DNA of 64,000 bases from Marsupella aquatica (lineage: Eukaryota > Plantae > Marchantiophyta): contig OZ316892.1 of the NCBI GenBank assembly GCA_973895155.1, positions 20,099,869-20,163,868 of the forward strand, written 5' to 3'. The notes beneath the pieces were generated by a model, which was given only the letters and a program-made list of their open reading frames with translations, was not told the DNA's origin and searched no databases. The first letter of the stretch is position 1. Each line of letters opens with the position of its first letter. The position numbers and the translations under genes are program-made. Positions 51,071 to 63,582 of the stretch are shown piece after piece.

Positions 51071-54000
51071 CTAGGATTCGTCACTTGCTATGCATGTCAA
51101 GAGATAGTCTCTTGCCTTGACAGCAACATTCTTTGGAATTCCTACCAGCCCTGTCACTGGTCCTTTGCGTGCTTTGAAACACTACAAGGCAAAGGAAACA
51201 TCTATTGTCTCAGCTTCCTTGTATATTGGAGTTGGATCACGTTCCCATTTCTTATCCCAAGAATCTGCCCACCGCTCTCTTGGCTGCCAGTCTGATTGAC
51301 CACGTTGCTTCTTTGCCATAAATGGTCTAAACCACTCAACGCCACATACATGAGTAAGAAGGTTTTGTTCATTCACTGGTCCTTCTACCACATCTGTAAC
51401 AACTAACCCCATATGGACGGGATAAACATCCAGGTCTGAGTCGTCCGGCCGTACCAACACATAACAGCCCTTCACAACATCAACCCTAGGGTTAAAACTC
51501 TCAGGAGGTTTATCTTTTGCTGGTCCCACATAATCCACTATTGCCTCCAACTCACATGCCACATTTTGATATTCTGGTGGAATGTGCTCTCTCCATATTG
51601 ATAAAGGCCAAAACCCGTATTCCAAGTTGTGTGCACCTTCAGGTTCATATTGCACCTGGTCACCCTGTAGAGTATCTACAATGTCATTCCAATAATTGAT
51701 GAGAGTTGTCCAACATCGCTTTGGTTCTTCCTCTTTTGTTCGCTTTAGAATAAACTCAAAGAATGACACATGCTTCTTCAACCCTGTCAGCACTTCAGGA
51801 AGCATTTTCAACTCCATCATTGGTAGCCGTTTGGGCACCCCAATTGGGATGTGAGGACTTTTGTCATCTTTCCATGACCATATTTCAATACCTTCCTTGG
51901 GTAACCATCCCTGATCAGTTGACTTCATTTTGTATTGGAAGCATGGCATACTATCATGACGAACATAGAACCTAAACGTACAGCCTGGGTTTTAAATGCC
52001 CCACCAATGCCTCAGGGCCCTTCAACATGAATGGAGCTAAGTAGTTTTTGAAATCTGGGACCTCCTGTAGAAAATGTGGGACTGCATTGCCTTGCTCTCA
52101 TGAACAAGGACATTAACTCAGGCAATGAGTATGTGGGGTTATGCATCATAGACTCTGAAAAATGCCCGAACATACCGTCAACGTCCTCATGAGTATGCCC
52201 AACCACCATAAAACCAAGATGAACCTCTTCAAACACCTCCCTTGCCGTCAACAATGACAAATAAGCCATCATATATCTGTTCTTGTTGTCTGAGGCACAA
52301 TTATCCAGTTGTAGCTTCAATACTCGTGGAAGGGGCCTGAACTTTGGTGCCTCAGGTGCTGCATCACAATGTAACAATCTCAAAATGCTTTTAAATAAAA
52401 CCCTAGTCAAACCCTAAACCCCAATTTAGGGTTTAGGGTTTAAACCCTATTAATGAAACCTTGGCTAGGAGGAGCAACAACTTCTCAAAGTAGAGTGTCA
52501 GTGTGTATGAGCTTATATTATTAAATAATAATAAATTAAAGGATTGTGAGTAAAGTACCTAGGCTTGAGATGTACTCCTCAAATGCTCTAAGGACACTTG
52601 CCTCCAAGATATCTGATCTCCCAAAAAGGAGGTCTTTAAAAAGACTTGTCGAGTCTGGCCCCTCCACAAGTGATTTGATCATTGGATTTGGGTTTTCCAA
52701 CATCCTTAGTATTGAATCAATTGACCCAATAGTGATGTTGACATCACCTGGCCACACTCCAACATGATATTGGGCTATGGCCTTGGGACCATGACCATGA
52801 ATAAGGATACCAGTGACAGTAATTAGGAACTTTTGGGCACCATCCACATGCTTAGGATTGAAGGGCATTCTTGGGAGAGCTGTCTTTGAATGATCCATCT
52901 TATCATGAATAAGGCATAACACTTCCTTTGGACGATGGATGGACTCATATCTCCAGGTATGATAGCACATTCTTTGCTGTGTGTGGTCTTGGTGATGTTC
53001 CTCCTCGTCACGCCTTAGGCCCTCTAACTCTTCCTTAGCTCCTGTAAGGTTTGCTTTCCGTTGAAGCAACTCACTACAAGTTGTACACTTTGAAAAGTTG
53101 TTGCCCTTTTTGTGACGTGAGAACTCCCTGAAATACATCTGATGTAGATGACTCAAGGTGGGTTGGGAAATTGGAGGAAGACCAGCCTCCTGGTTGACAA
53201 CATTAACCTTGTTTCTAATATTCTCCCAAGTAAGATTTGTTGGCAATTCCCTCAAAACCATCCTTGTATTATCTGCCATGGTTCTCAACTTGGCTGGATG
53301 ATGATCAGCTGCCTCCTCAATAATCTCTTTCATTGACATGAACGCTTGAGATACTTTCTAGGACATGCGCCTTTTTCCAGCATTACCATGGGTACCTATG
53401 TTCATTCCAGCCATCACAGTCTTCTTCAAGGCATAAAATTGAGTCTTTCCTCTTGAATGAATGATTCTCCATGCCTCCAAGCACAATACTTTGCCCTCCA
53501 CTGCTAGAATCCTTTCTCCAGTACCCAAGTGTATTGTATTTTTAATAGCCTTGATTTCCTCCTCCTTGCGCTCCGCAAAAGATTTTGACCACCACTTTTT
53601 CCTAATTGCCATAGCCAAGTTGCGGTCCAAATATTGGCAACAATGTTTACTACAACAGTCCTTAGTGTTTATCAACAACACATCTTGACGTGCCAAAGAT
53701 GTGTCTCTTTTAGATGTCTGGGAAGATGGACTCTTTCTTTTCCTACTTTTATGGACGTAGGACCGCTTGCCACTTGTTGGAGATGTGTTCCCTCCCACAG
53801 CTTGCCTGATGTTGTGGAAAGACAACAAGTTGCCATCCTTGGCAATGAGTTGGTCCATCGACCAAGCTTTTAAGCAATCTCTATGCTTCAGATGATCTAT
53901 GGTAGCTCCCTCGACAAAATCGTTGATCAGAATTCCCACATGTGTATTCCCAAGGGTGACATCCCCAAGCTTCACTATAGGATCTAGAACATGTATAGTT

Positions 54001-54457
54001 GCCACTGCAAAAATCAACTTGTTCTCATCCACCACCTTTATAGTCATGCCCATCCACAAGGCCTTTGGTAAAACTACTTCCACACCAGACCGACTCTCAT
54101 TATGGTTGTTCCCATCAGAATTTTGATTGACTGGATCTTGATCATCACCAACAGTGCCAACACATCCTCCGATTCCATGGGAGCTCGAAAAAGCTGATTC
54201 CTTTCCCATACAAGGTAACCCCCAATCATGTCCTTCAAAAGTTTGCCATCTTCGCATAGAATGGTCTCGTCAAAAACTTCCTCCAATAGAAGAAGAACTC
54301 TGTCCGCCCCAAGAGGAACATTGTGATCAACTCTGGAAGGATCAAGACTTATCACGCGACCTTTTCCAACCTGTTTCTCACGTATGCCTATAATAACTTG
54401 TCTGCCTTCCCTGATCCAGACTGTCGATGTCACCATAATAATTATGATCCTGCACAT
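51071..54457 (-). mobile_element. Decayed Sola-type (DUF7869-like) DDD transposase gene with an intron at 52359-52558
   Basis: CCSKHCC, GKTQFY..HGN, FSKCTTC, LIHDKMD, QLDNCASDNKN, FMVVGHTHEDVDGMF motifs. In-frame stops at 53358 and 51182, frameshifts near 54.2 and 52.05 kb. Phase-1 GT-AG intron. Family assignment is from remembered motifs only. Confidence 0.8.
52398..52449. repeat. Short inverted interstitial telomere-like repeats in the transposase intron
   Basis: aaaccctagtcaaaccctaaaccccaatttagggtttagggtttaaacccta. Confidence 0.7.
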
Positions 54458-54489
54458 CAGAGAATATCACTGTAAGCATACAGTCCTGT

Positions 54490-55145
54490 CACGTCCGTCA
54501 ACTTCACTGCACTGTCCTATCACGTCGGTCAATAAGCAGAATGTAGTCAATGCACTGCGCTGCACGCGACTGGTCGCGTGACCCTAGAGGTACCACACAT
54601 ACCGGCAACAGACTATGCATGGTCCATCAATCATTTCAAGTGAATGAGAACGATCACAATCGATTACGATCAATCATTTCACATCCACTCAGAACAAATG
54701 AGTGGACAGTCAGTAACTATTGAGGACAGTAATGCTAATAAGCACCAGTAAAACGTCCGTGAACTGCATTGTCCTGTCACGACCGTCAATAAGTAAGCAG
54801 AATGTAGTCAATGCACTGCCTTGCACGCAACTAGTCGCCTGACCTTAGTCAGAGGGTGTAGGGATAACAGGGTCTACGACGTAGAAGCTAGAAGGCTAGG
54901 CCCAAACTCTAGCTCGTACTTGGTACTTCATAAGTAAGATACGATTGCGCGTGAGATAGGAAGATACAATTACGGATCTGAAGGCATCACACATACCGGT
55001 AACAGATTATGCATGGTCAGTCAGTCATTTCAAGTGAATGAGAACGACTACAATCGATTACGAACAATCATTTCAACTCCACTCAAAAAAAATGAGTGGA
55101 CAGTACCAGTTTACCAATGAGTGGACACCGGACAGTCAGTAACTA
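54490..55145. repeat. Duplicated segments in the region between the transposase and the zinc-finger ORF
   Basis: acgtccgt.aact..gcagaatgtagtcaatgcactgc..gcacgc near 54491 and 54753. cacacataccgg.aacaga.tatgcatggtc...aatgagtggacagt near 54594 and 54988. Confidence 0.8.
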
Positions 55146-55464
55146 GTGACCCTCATAAGAAATCTTAGTACTTCAGTAGCAATCAATATTCTCGGGGCGA
55201 TCGCCAAACGTGAAATTAAAGCCATAATTAGAGGACAACTGAACTTCCCGCCAATTCTAATACGCGCCAGTCAAACGCGCACTCTCTTCTAGAAACCACT
55301 ATGTACAATGACTAGTGGAGACTAAACAGTATAAAGCATTGAGATGATCCCTACTGCTCATTCCCCCACGCATTCCACTTTCTAGCTACTGGATAATCTA
55401 TTTGCACATCAGCTCTCTCATTTCCAATTCTTAGTCTCGGTCTGCATCTCTTGTTTGAAGGGCG

Positions 55465-56007
55465 ATGACTACTCCGCTGAGCTCGAAGAATGAGGATGTT
55501 CCGACGGACGATTCAGAAGGTTTGACGTATCGAATTCATGGTACTCCTTACAGAATGTGTCAGCGATGTAATATAATGTTTACGGTGACTAAATCGGGTC
55601 AAATGTTTTGTGAGAGACGACATTGTTCGCCACATTTCTCGATGGAAGATCAGATGGAGACCAATCTAACAGAGATGACTACAAAGATGGCATCAGGGGA
55701 AAAGTTAAAGGGCAAAGCCCTCGTGGAATCCATTTCGAGGGGGGAGAAGTTGAAGGCCAAAGCATGCGTCGAATCCATTTCGGGGGAAGCAGCAGTAGAC
55801 GCTAAGACAGTCAAGAAGGAGGCCAAGAAAATGGACGCACCAAAGAAAAGGCAATTAGAGATGAACAAAGATTCTGATTTGTATTACAGAAAGAGCAAGC
55901 CAAGAAAATCTATGGACGTTAGGACTTGGGCAAAGGAAGAATTTCTGGATTCAAGGGAATCCACACCAGACACCGATGAGTGGATGCCTTCATCTTGGAA
56001 TGATTGA
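55465..56007 (+). CDS. Transposon-associated 180-aa protein with a Cys4 zinc-finger-like motif, basic middle and acidic tail
   Basis: Uninterrupted ATG-TGA ORF with C-x2-C-x13-C-x4-C (CQRC...CERRHC), a 15-aa internal duplication (GEKLKxKAxVESIS) and NLS-like PKKR. TATAAA at ~55330 and an E2F-like TTCCCGCCAAT at 55245-55255. Confidence 0.65.
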   Translation: MTTPLSSKNEDVPTDDSEGLTYRIHGTPYRMCQRCNIMFTVTKSGQMFCERRHCSPHFSMEDQMETNLTEMTTKMASGEKLKGKALVESISRGEKLKAKACVESISGEAAVDAKTVKKEAKKMDAPKKRQLEMNKDSDLYYRKSKPRKSMDVRTWAKEEFLDSRESTPDTDEWMPSSWND

Positions 56008-56253
56008 CTCGATCGAAGTCAACAATATTTTGAGTAGTCAAAGATTAGAACTACAGATTCAAGAGTAGTTCAAGTTAGAACTTGTTATAGATACTGTGTA
56101 GCTTAATTTCATCCCGTGGAAAATAGTGTTTGAAAGACCAGGTCAGTTAAATTCCTGGATAGTGCTAGTGGATATGGATTCCACATCTGAAGTCCTTCGG
56201 GATCGATGTAACCATTTTTGCAATCAAGGAAAAATCATCCACGAGATTCCTCT

Positions 56254-57258
56254 GACCTCTAAAACATTTTCGCGACCGGGCGCGTGATGAAACGAAGACG
56301 TTGGTTTTAAAATAGATTTCTGGCCAATTTGCTAGGCTGTCGACTACAATAAACAATATCAAAAAGACCTGAGATAAATTGGTTCACGCGACTGTGCGCG
56401 TGATGAACTACATGTGTAACCAAAACAACATGTCATCCTACTAACAAGTTGAGATCAGGAAGATTTGAGAAATAAAGGGCAATTACGTCTAAGAGTGCAG
56501 AGCTTTTGTTGACCTCTAAAACATTAACGCGACCGGGTGCGTGATGAAATGAAGACCTCGGTTTTAAAATAGATTTCTGGCCAATTCGCTAGGCAGTCGA
56601 CTACAATAAACAATATCAAAAAGACCTGAGATAAATTGGTTCACGCAACTGTGCGCGTGATGAATTACATGTGTAACCAAAAAAGCAGGTCATCCTACTA
56701 ACAAGTTGAGATCAGGAAGATCTGAGAAATAAAGGGCGATTACGTCTAAGAGTGTAGAGCTTTCGCTGACCTCTAAAACATTAACGCGACCGGGCGCGTG
56801 ATGAAATGCAGACCTCAGTTTTAAAATAGATTGCTGGCCAATTCGCTAGGCTATCGACTATAATAAACAATATCAAAAGACACGAGATAAATTGGTTCAC
56901 GCGACTGTGCGCGTGGCGAACTACATGTGTAACCAAAAAAACAGGTCATCCTACTAACAAGTTGAGATCAGGAAGATCTGAGAAATAAAGGGCGATTACG
57001 TCTAAGAGTGCAGAGCTTTCGCTGATCTCTAAAACATTAACGCGATCGTGCGCGTGATGAAACGAAGACCTCGGTTTTAAAATAGATTGCTGGCCAATTT
57101 GCTAGGCTGTCGACTACAATAAACAATATCAAAAGACATGAGATAAATTGGTTCACGCGACTATGCGCGTGATGAACTACATGTGTAACCAAAAAATCAG
57201 GTCATCCTACTAACAAGTTGAGATCAGTCTGATATGAGAAATAGACCTCGATTACGTT
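56254..57258. repeat. 257-bp tandem array x4, two CG-rich palindromes per unit
   Basis: Units start gaYctctaaaacatt at 56254, 56511, 56768 and 57024. Confidence 0.95.
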
Positions 57259-59035
57259 TTGTTTTGCTGGGCCGTCGACTACAATAAACAATAGCAAAAC
57301 GTACGGACAACTATACTTGAACGCCATACAATTTTAGACTAGAGAATTCATTTGGATCCTCTACTAGTACTTTTGATACATTGCTTCTGTATTGGACTTG
57401 AAACACGGATTGATCAAAATCGGAGTGAGAAATTGGACCATAACTTCATTGACTCAATTCATGCATTGAATGCATGATTTAAGGCAACTACTCTCCTCAT
57501 TTATTGCGGAATTAATGTTGATTGATACTTACAAGTTATTCAGTTGCGTGTGGTCTGAGCAATGTTGGTGGCAACCCTCCGATGTTGGCGGAAACCCTCC
57601 TCCCAACCAAGCCTCTTCCTTCCAGCGTAGCCTCCTCCTCGTCCCAGCCAACTAAGCCTCCTCCTTCGAACTCCAATTTCCTTGAGTATCGTGACCGAAT
57701 CCCACCACCAGAGAATGACAACTTGTTGATCGTATCAAGATCAAAATCCTTGACCAGACAGTGATTTCAGAATAGCCGCTCTTTGTTGGTCCGTTAGAAT
57801 GCTTCGATGAATGAGGCAGACTATGGAGGTTCTAAATCTTTGTCGTCTCGCTTCATCGCAATTCTCCCGCTTGATCGGATGTGCTCTCCCCAAGATTGAA
57901 GGTGATACAACAAGAACTGCGCTAGTGTTGCTTGAATGAGCTCCGCCTCCGACTGGAATAGTCGAATGATCCAATCTGCTCCACCTCAAATGTGCCTTGG
58001 ATCAGCCTCTGCTGAGAGCCCAGCTAGTATCCTGGTCAAGAGAAACTGAAAATGAAGAATGATCCATGAGCAATGAGATCAGTCTATTGACTCCATGAAG
58101 GATGTGTTCATCTGGACTCGATTTTGATTTTGAAAATTGGTTGAGTCTCCAGTCGTGAGAATCATTGTACATGATTGATTTTGAATATCGGTTCTCCCCG
58201 ACCGTGAGAATTGTTTTACGTTGTTTAGAGTTTGGGTTTGAATTGGCAAGATAGAGAGTGGAGTACGGATCCGGGTCCGACGGTCTCCACTACCAAAATG
58301 GAATGATCTTGAAGTTCGCCTCCACTACGTGATGGAACGATCGTGAGAAAGTTGTCATTCGTTCACATTTTGGATTTGAATTGGCAGATCTAGTGAAGAT
58401 ACGGATCCGGATCTGGATCCAGGGGTCCCCTCTAACAATCTTTTGCAGTTGCATAATTACCGGTTTAAATTTCAAATTGGCGATCAAATAGAAATCTCCT
58501 TTAGTACGGCAAATCAAAAGGAATCTGTTAATCTTTTTTTCATGATTGCATAGTTTGTTGAGTCGATGGTGGAATGTACGGAGATCATCTAGAACCTTCC
58601 TGTCGCTAGGCTGTTATTAGGGTTATGCTAAAACAATACCCTAATTAGTCCTTCCTTAGTGTCGGCGCCCACGGTCTCGAGTTCACTGTTCATTGTTGTT
58701 GTTTCTTGCTCCCTAGACTTTTACGCGCCTGCTCTCGTCGCTCTCGCTCCTGCCCTGGATTTCATTTTTGTCGTTGTAGCTCGTTCGTTGTGGTCAAGTG
58801 CATGTCGGCGTGTTGCAACTCTTAGTAGTTGTCGATCGTTTCGACCAGGAGCTTGTTGGCACGTTGCAGCTCGTATTCACTTCTAGTTTGCTCATTGCAG
58901 CTAGTTTTTTGGGAGTGCTCGTATCAGCTTGTGTAAGCCAATTTTAAGCTCATATCAGCTTGATCAACGTGTTTCAGCAGCTCAAACTACTTTTTGGCAA
59001 CTTGTTTCAGCTCCTTCCTATTATCATTCAGGTTT

Positions 59036-60948
59036 CACTAGTACATTTTACCTCCTTTTTCCGATTCTCTCCACATCGGATGTCTTTGTAAAACAAAATA
59101 TGAAAAAACCATACATCCGATTTTGCCGGCATCGTAACATGCCATGATAAAAGTATCGGATATCGACAATCGGACTTAAATCGGAAAGTCCGATGCTAAG
59201 AGAATGGGAAAGTCCGATGCTGGGAGAATGGGAAAGAGCAAAACAATGAAAATGGGATACACATTGGAGCGGACGCGGGGTGCTCAGGTCACCCATCTCT
59301 TCCTTTGTATATTTATTTTCATTTTGCAACCATGAGCGAGGTGCCCATCTCCTTTGACATTTCAACTCTTCATTCCTCAACTAAGTGGTCACCCATCCCA
59401 ATTGCTATTCCTCCAACATGAGCTTAACTTTGTGGTTCTTATCCCTCACAATGTACATGCAAGCTTAACACTTTTATTGTTTGACTTGGAGTGTTTAGGG
59501 ATTTTATACACTTCTAAATTTATTAAGACCCATAATTTGGACCTAAGCTGGGCAGAGTCGGGAGAGGCCAACAGGAAACATGCAACAATGCAGCCCCAGC
59601 CAAGCTAGAGGCAGCTAGGGTTAGCGACAACACAGCCCGGGCCGGGGAAATGAGGATGCAACGATAGCGGCAAGGGTGGAGCAAAGATGCAGCCAATGCG
59701 CCTCGACTATGGTGATAGAGAAATGGAGGGGAGGAGAAATGGATTAGCCGACCCACCCCTCCGCAAACTATACTCGGGACTATACTAAGGGTTCAAAATG
59801 TAACCGTGAGGGAAGCGACGACCATCCAATGGGAAGACCAAAAGAAATCTCAACGACGAATCTTAGGTAGTTAACCTGAGTTACTTTTCTTAACCAATGA
59901 CTCAAACGAGAGGCAAAGTGATAAATACAAGAAAAAAAGTGGCAATGTAGTGATTATGCCACAAAAGTGTGGCATTAGACTAATAAATCCCAGTTTTGCT
60001 CTATCATGATATTGCATGTTTGCATCGAGTGATCTATAATTACGATTACCCTCTTACATTCCCTTGGAGCAATCAATAGAAATTTGGGGTCATTCGTGAA
60101 TAGTAAAGCCCTCCTCCATCCAACTTGACATGAGATCATTATAGTTTATTAGTTATGGAAGATTAATATTTTGGTCCTTCCAAAGCCTTGGCGTCAAGGG
60201 CAGCTCCCAATTGTCTCATCTTTCATCAACTATGTTGTTGTTGGATTTGCAACAAAGACTACATGGGACAAGCAATCTCCTTTTAGATGATAAATTTTGA
60301 TTTTGCATGTTGAGCAAATATTGCCAAAAGGGAACAATATTTTGGGGTCTTGGAAGGAGGCAAGAACAACATTCAATTAAGTCCATTTGCCTCAAGTATG
60401 AAGTCATTCAAATATGCAAGAATGATTGTATCCTCTTTTCTAGGAAGAGTACGTCGGTGCAACTACATGCCCCATCTAACAACCCTAAATTTGTCGTTTT
60501 GCCAAAATGAAAATTTCCCATTCTCCTAGCATCGGACTTTCCCATTCTACTAGCATCGGACTTTCCCATTCTCTCAGCATCAGACTTTCCCATTCTCTCA
60601 ACATCGGACTTTGCCATTTTACCACAATCGGATATAATATCCGTACTTATCAACTACGGAAACTTTCCGATCAATATTGAAACGCACATCATTTCTGTTA
60701 CAAAAAACATCGGACATATCAATCAAATTTTTTGTTAGGGGATCCGATGTATTTTGTAACGGATATGATCCATTTTTTACCGCATCGGAAAGGTTTCGTT
60801 GTTAATTACATCGGAAATGAAGATATCCGAAGCTGAGAGTATGGCATATTGCCATTTTGTGATAATGGGAATTTCCGATTCTAAAAGAATCGGACGCCAA
60901 TTGTTTGCAAAAATTGAGCATCGGAAATCAACTAAATATGTACTAGTG
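59036..60948 (+). mobile_element. Non-autonomous CACTA (En/Spm) element with a Tnp2 remnant
   Basis: TIR CACTAGTACAT / ATGTACTAGTG, 3-bp TSD ttt, dense catcgga/tccgatg subterminal repeats. LKYEVIQICKNDCILF at ~60390-60440 resembles the CACTA Tnp2 motif IHACxNDCILY. Confidence 0.9.
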
Positions 60949-61615
60949 TTTGTTTCACCTCTTTCAATCTTCAGGTTTAGTGCGCTTTTATTCGTGCTCA
61001 GTTTGTCTATCGACAGCTTTGATTGTACTTCTGAAATAATCTTTTTAACTCGACATAATGAGTTCCTTAGCATTAAGCACAAGTTATTCAATTGGTGGCA
61101 GCGAAGCTCTATGTATAGAAGTATAGAAGCTGTGTTGTTGTTGCTTAGCATATTAATATCTTCAATCTTATATTTACTTTCTAGAATGCCGCAGCAAGGT
61201 CTTCAAGTGCTTGGACATCAATCTCTCAGACGATTACATCAATTTTTCAGAATTCAGGTGCAATTTCTACATTTTCTGCTAGTGTTGATTGTTGTTTGCT
61301 AAAATTTCTCTTGATTGTTAAGCTGAGTTTTCATAATGCGATTTGTCTGTAAACTCAAATATGTCTGAATCATACAAACTCACTAATTAAAATACAACCT
61401 GAATCGTCTTAAGTCATTACAAACTTGCACGCTGTGAATTTAATCATATAAACTCTCATGTTATGTGAATCTCATTACACTGAATCCTTTAATTGACGAA
61501 TACAACCAGTAGACTGCTAAATTGAATCATCTTAGCTGAATCATTCTCTAAACTTCTGATATATAATAGTTTCACAATGATAGAGCTCAAACATCTGAAT
61601 TATTGTAAAGTTCAT

Positions 61616-61680
61616 GAATGAATACAAATGAATGAATACAAATTAATGAATACAAATTAATGAATACAAATGAATGAAAT
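61616..61680. repeat. aatgaatacaaat minisatellite
   Basis: About 4 tandem copies. Confidence 0.85.
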
Positions 61681-61771
61681 CATGCTTACTCGGATTTCCT
61701 TGTCCGTACGGGTCAGTAATCACAGTTGTATCACTGTATTATCCTAGTGTCCAAAAGTTGTTTGAGCTGTT

Positions 61772-62225
61772 GACGTGACCAGTCACGTGAAAAGATTGTG
61801 AGGTTCCATTTAGGATCAGTTGATGCGACCAGTCGCGTCTGAGGTAGCTCTCTCATTGACTGGTTCTGTTAGAGGAGGTAAGGTTCCTTTTAGGACCAGT
61901 TGACGCAACCAGTCGCGTGTGAGAAGGAAACTGGATAGATTTACTGAGTGCGTACCATATCCAAATCTCCACAAGGAAGGTTCAGTGGATATAGTTGTTT
62001 AGGTTCAGTTGATGCGACCAGTCGCGTCTAAGGTAGCTCTCTCATTGACTGGTTTTGTTAGAGGAGGTAAGGTTCCTTTTAGGACCAGTTGACGTGACTA
62101 GTCGCGTCTGAGGTAGATCTCTCATTGACTGGTTCTGTTAGAGGAGGTAAGGTTTCATTTAGGATCAGTTGACGTGACCAGTCGCATCTGAGGTAGATCT
62201 CTCATTGACTGGTTCTATTAGAGGA
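61772..62225. repeat. 80-bp tandem array (~5-6 units), each with a GACGCGAC-CA-GTCGCGTC-type palindrome
   Basis: Palindromes at 61772, 61822, 61902, 62011, 62091 and 62171. Spacer tgaggtag.tctctcattgactggttctgttagaggaggtaaggtt. Confidence 0.93.
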
Positions 62226-62364
62226 CAAAGCAACATTTATGATTTGTCACGTTGTGACCCAAAAAAATCACAGTCTCAAAGAATTGTTTATACATTCTGA
62301 TTAGTAGGCGCGACCAATCGCATAAAAATAATCTTTGGGATATATCATTTGGCTTAAAAGAGTC

Positions 62365-62916
62365 ATGAGCAAACCTGGTCTAGAGAGCTTCAGATATCTA
62401 TGCCTAATATTTGACGTTTTGGACAGAAGCCAAGATGGTCTACTGGCGGGATATTTTGTATTTGTTGAAATACTACTACCTGGACTTCCAAATTTCATTG
62501 TCGCGGAATTGATATGGCCTCGGATCAAGGAGTCTTTTAATTCCTCGACTAATACAGGAAATTTCTCAATAAAGGAATTGGATGAGTTTGTAGGACTATC
62601 TTCGGTGTGTCGCAGATGGCGCCACCTTGTTGGGAATACCTATGTTCTGGGTGTAATCAAGTTGAGTTTATTAGATTTGGCTTTCCCAGGAAATCCTACT
62701 AAACCGATCGGAAATGAGTCTCTCTCATCGATAGTTCAAAGTTTCTTCCAGAAATACCCAAGAATTAAATTCATGGGGTCAATGTCCAGAGATCTTAGGG
62801 AACTCTTCACGAAGACTTATGATGCTCTTCACCCTCTTGAAAAATGGAAATTTACAGTCAGATGCCACGAAGTTGGATACCTTGAGGGTGACATCTACAC
62901 TTTTAAGGAATTCTAG
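62365..62916 (+). CDS. Atypical F-box-like protein (paralog 1)
   Basis: LLPGLPNFIVAELIWPRIKE...(~20-aa insert)...LSSVCRRWRHLV. The first ATG in the open frame is at 62365. It may be part of a spliced or decayed gene. Confidence 0.6.
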   Translation: MSKPGLESFRYLCLIFDVLDRSQDGLLAGYFVFVEILLPGLPNFIVAELIWPRIKESFNSSTNTGNFSIKELDEFVGLSSVCRRWRHLVGNTYVLGVIKLSLLDLAFPGNPTKPIGNESLSSIVQSFFQKYPRIKFMGSMSRDLRELFTKTYDALHPLEKWKFTVRCHEVGYLEGDIYTFKEF

Positions 62917-63582
62917 TTAACCTACGTGACCAAGCGCGTCGTATGTCTTCTAACAATGTTTTGTGATATGATAAAAGCAGGATGAGCCAACTTTTGAATG
63001 AGGCTCGAGATTTCCTTTCATCTCATGAAAGGAAATAGAAAACAATATGGGATACGCTGGATGAAACCTCCTCTAGTCTCATTGGAGGAATACCAGATGT
63101 TTTGGTCATTTCAAACATTTGGCCAATACTCTACAAACACTTTATTTCAATTGAAGGATTGCGTAGATATTGACACCCCGATAACGATTTGGTTATCGAT
63201 AGGGTCTGAGACCTTATTCGGCTTGGAGCTTGTAGCAAGAAGTGGAACTTTTTAGTTACAAATACAAGGTTATGGGCTATCCTCAAACAAGCAAACCGGA
63301 TTGTCGATGACGCAAATGAAGCACTTTACTACATACCCAAAATTGACGAGTTGGAGTTTGACTCAGTCTGTCGAGTTATTCGATAGGGTATTTCTATGCT
63401 TCCAGAAATATATGTTCTTGGGACTACTACTTCTGACAAAATCGTATTATTTACGAACAAATATAACTATTTAGATGAGGAAGAACGAGATGTTCTACTC
63501 GAAAGGTTTGGTAGATTTTCTCAGAATCTAGGTGGTCCTAGTTCTTAATGGATAGGTTCTTGTTCTTAATCTTTTCCATATT

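Noticed and set aside
56254-62225. Tandem arrays with palindromes read as CRISPR-like
   Set aside because: The sequences between palindromes are repeated rather than unique, the context is eukaryotic and there are no cas genes.
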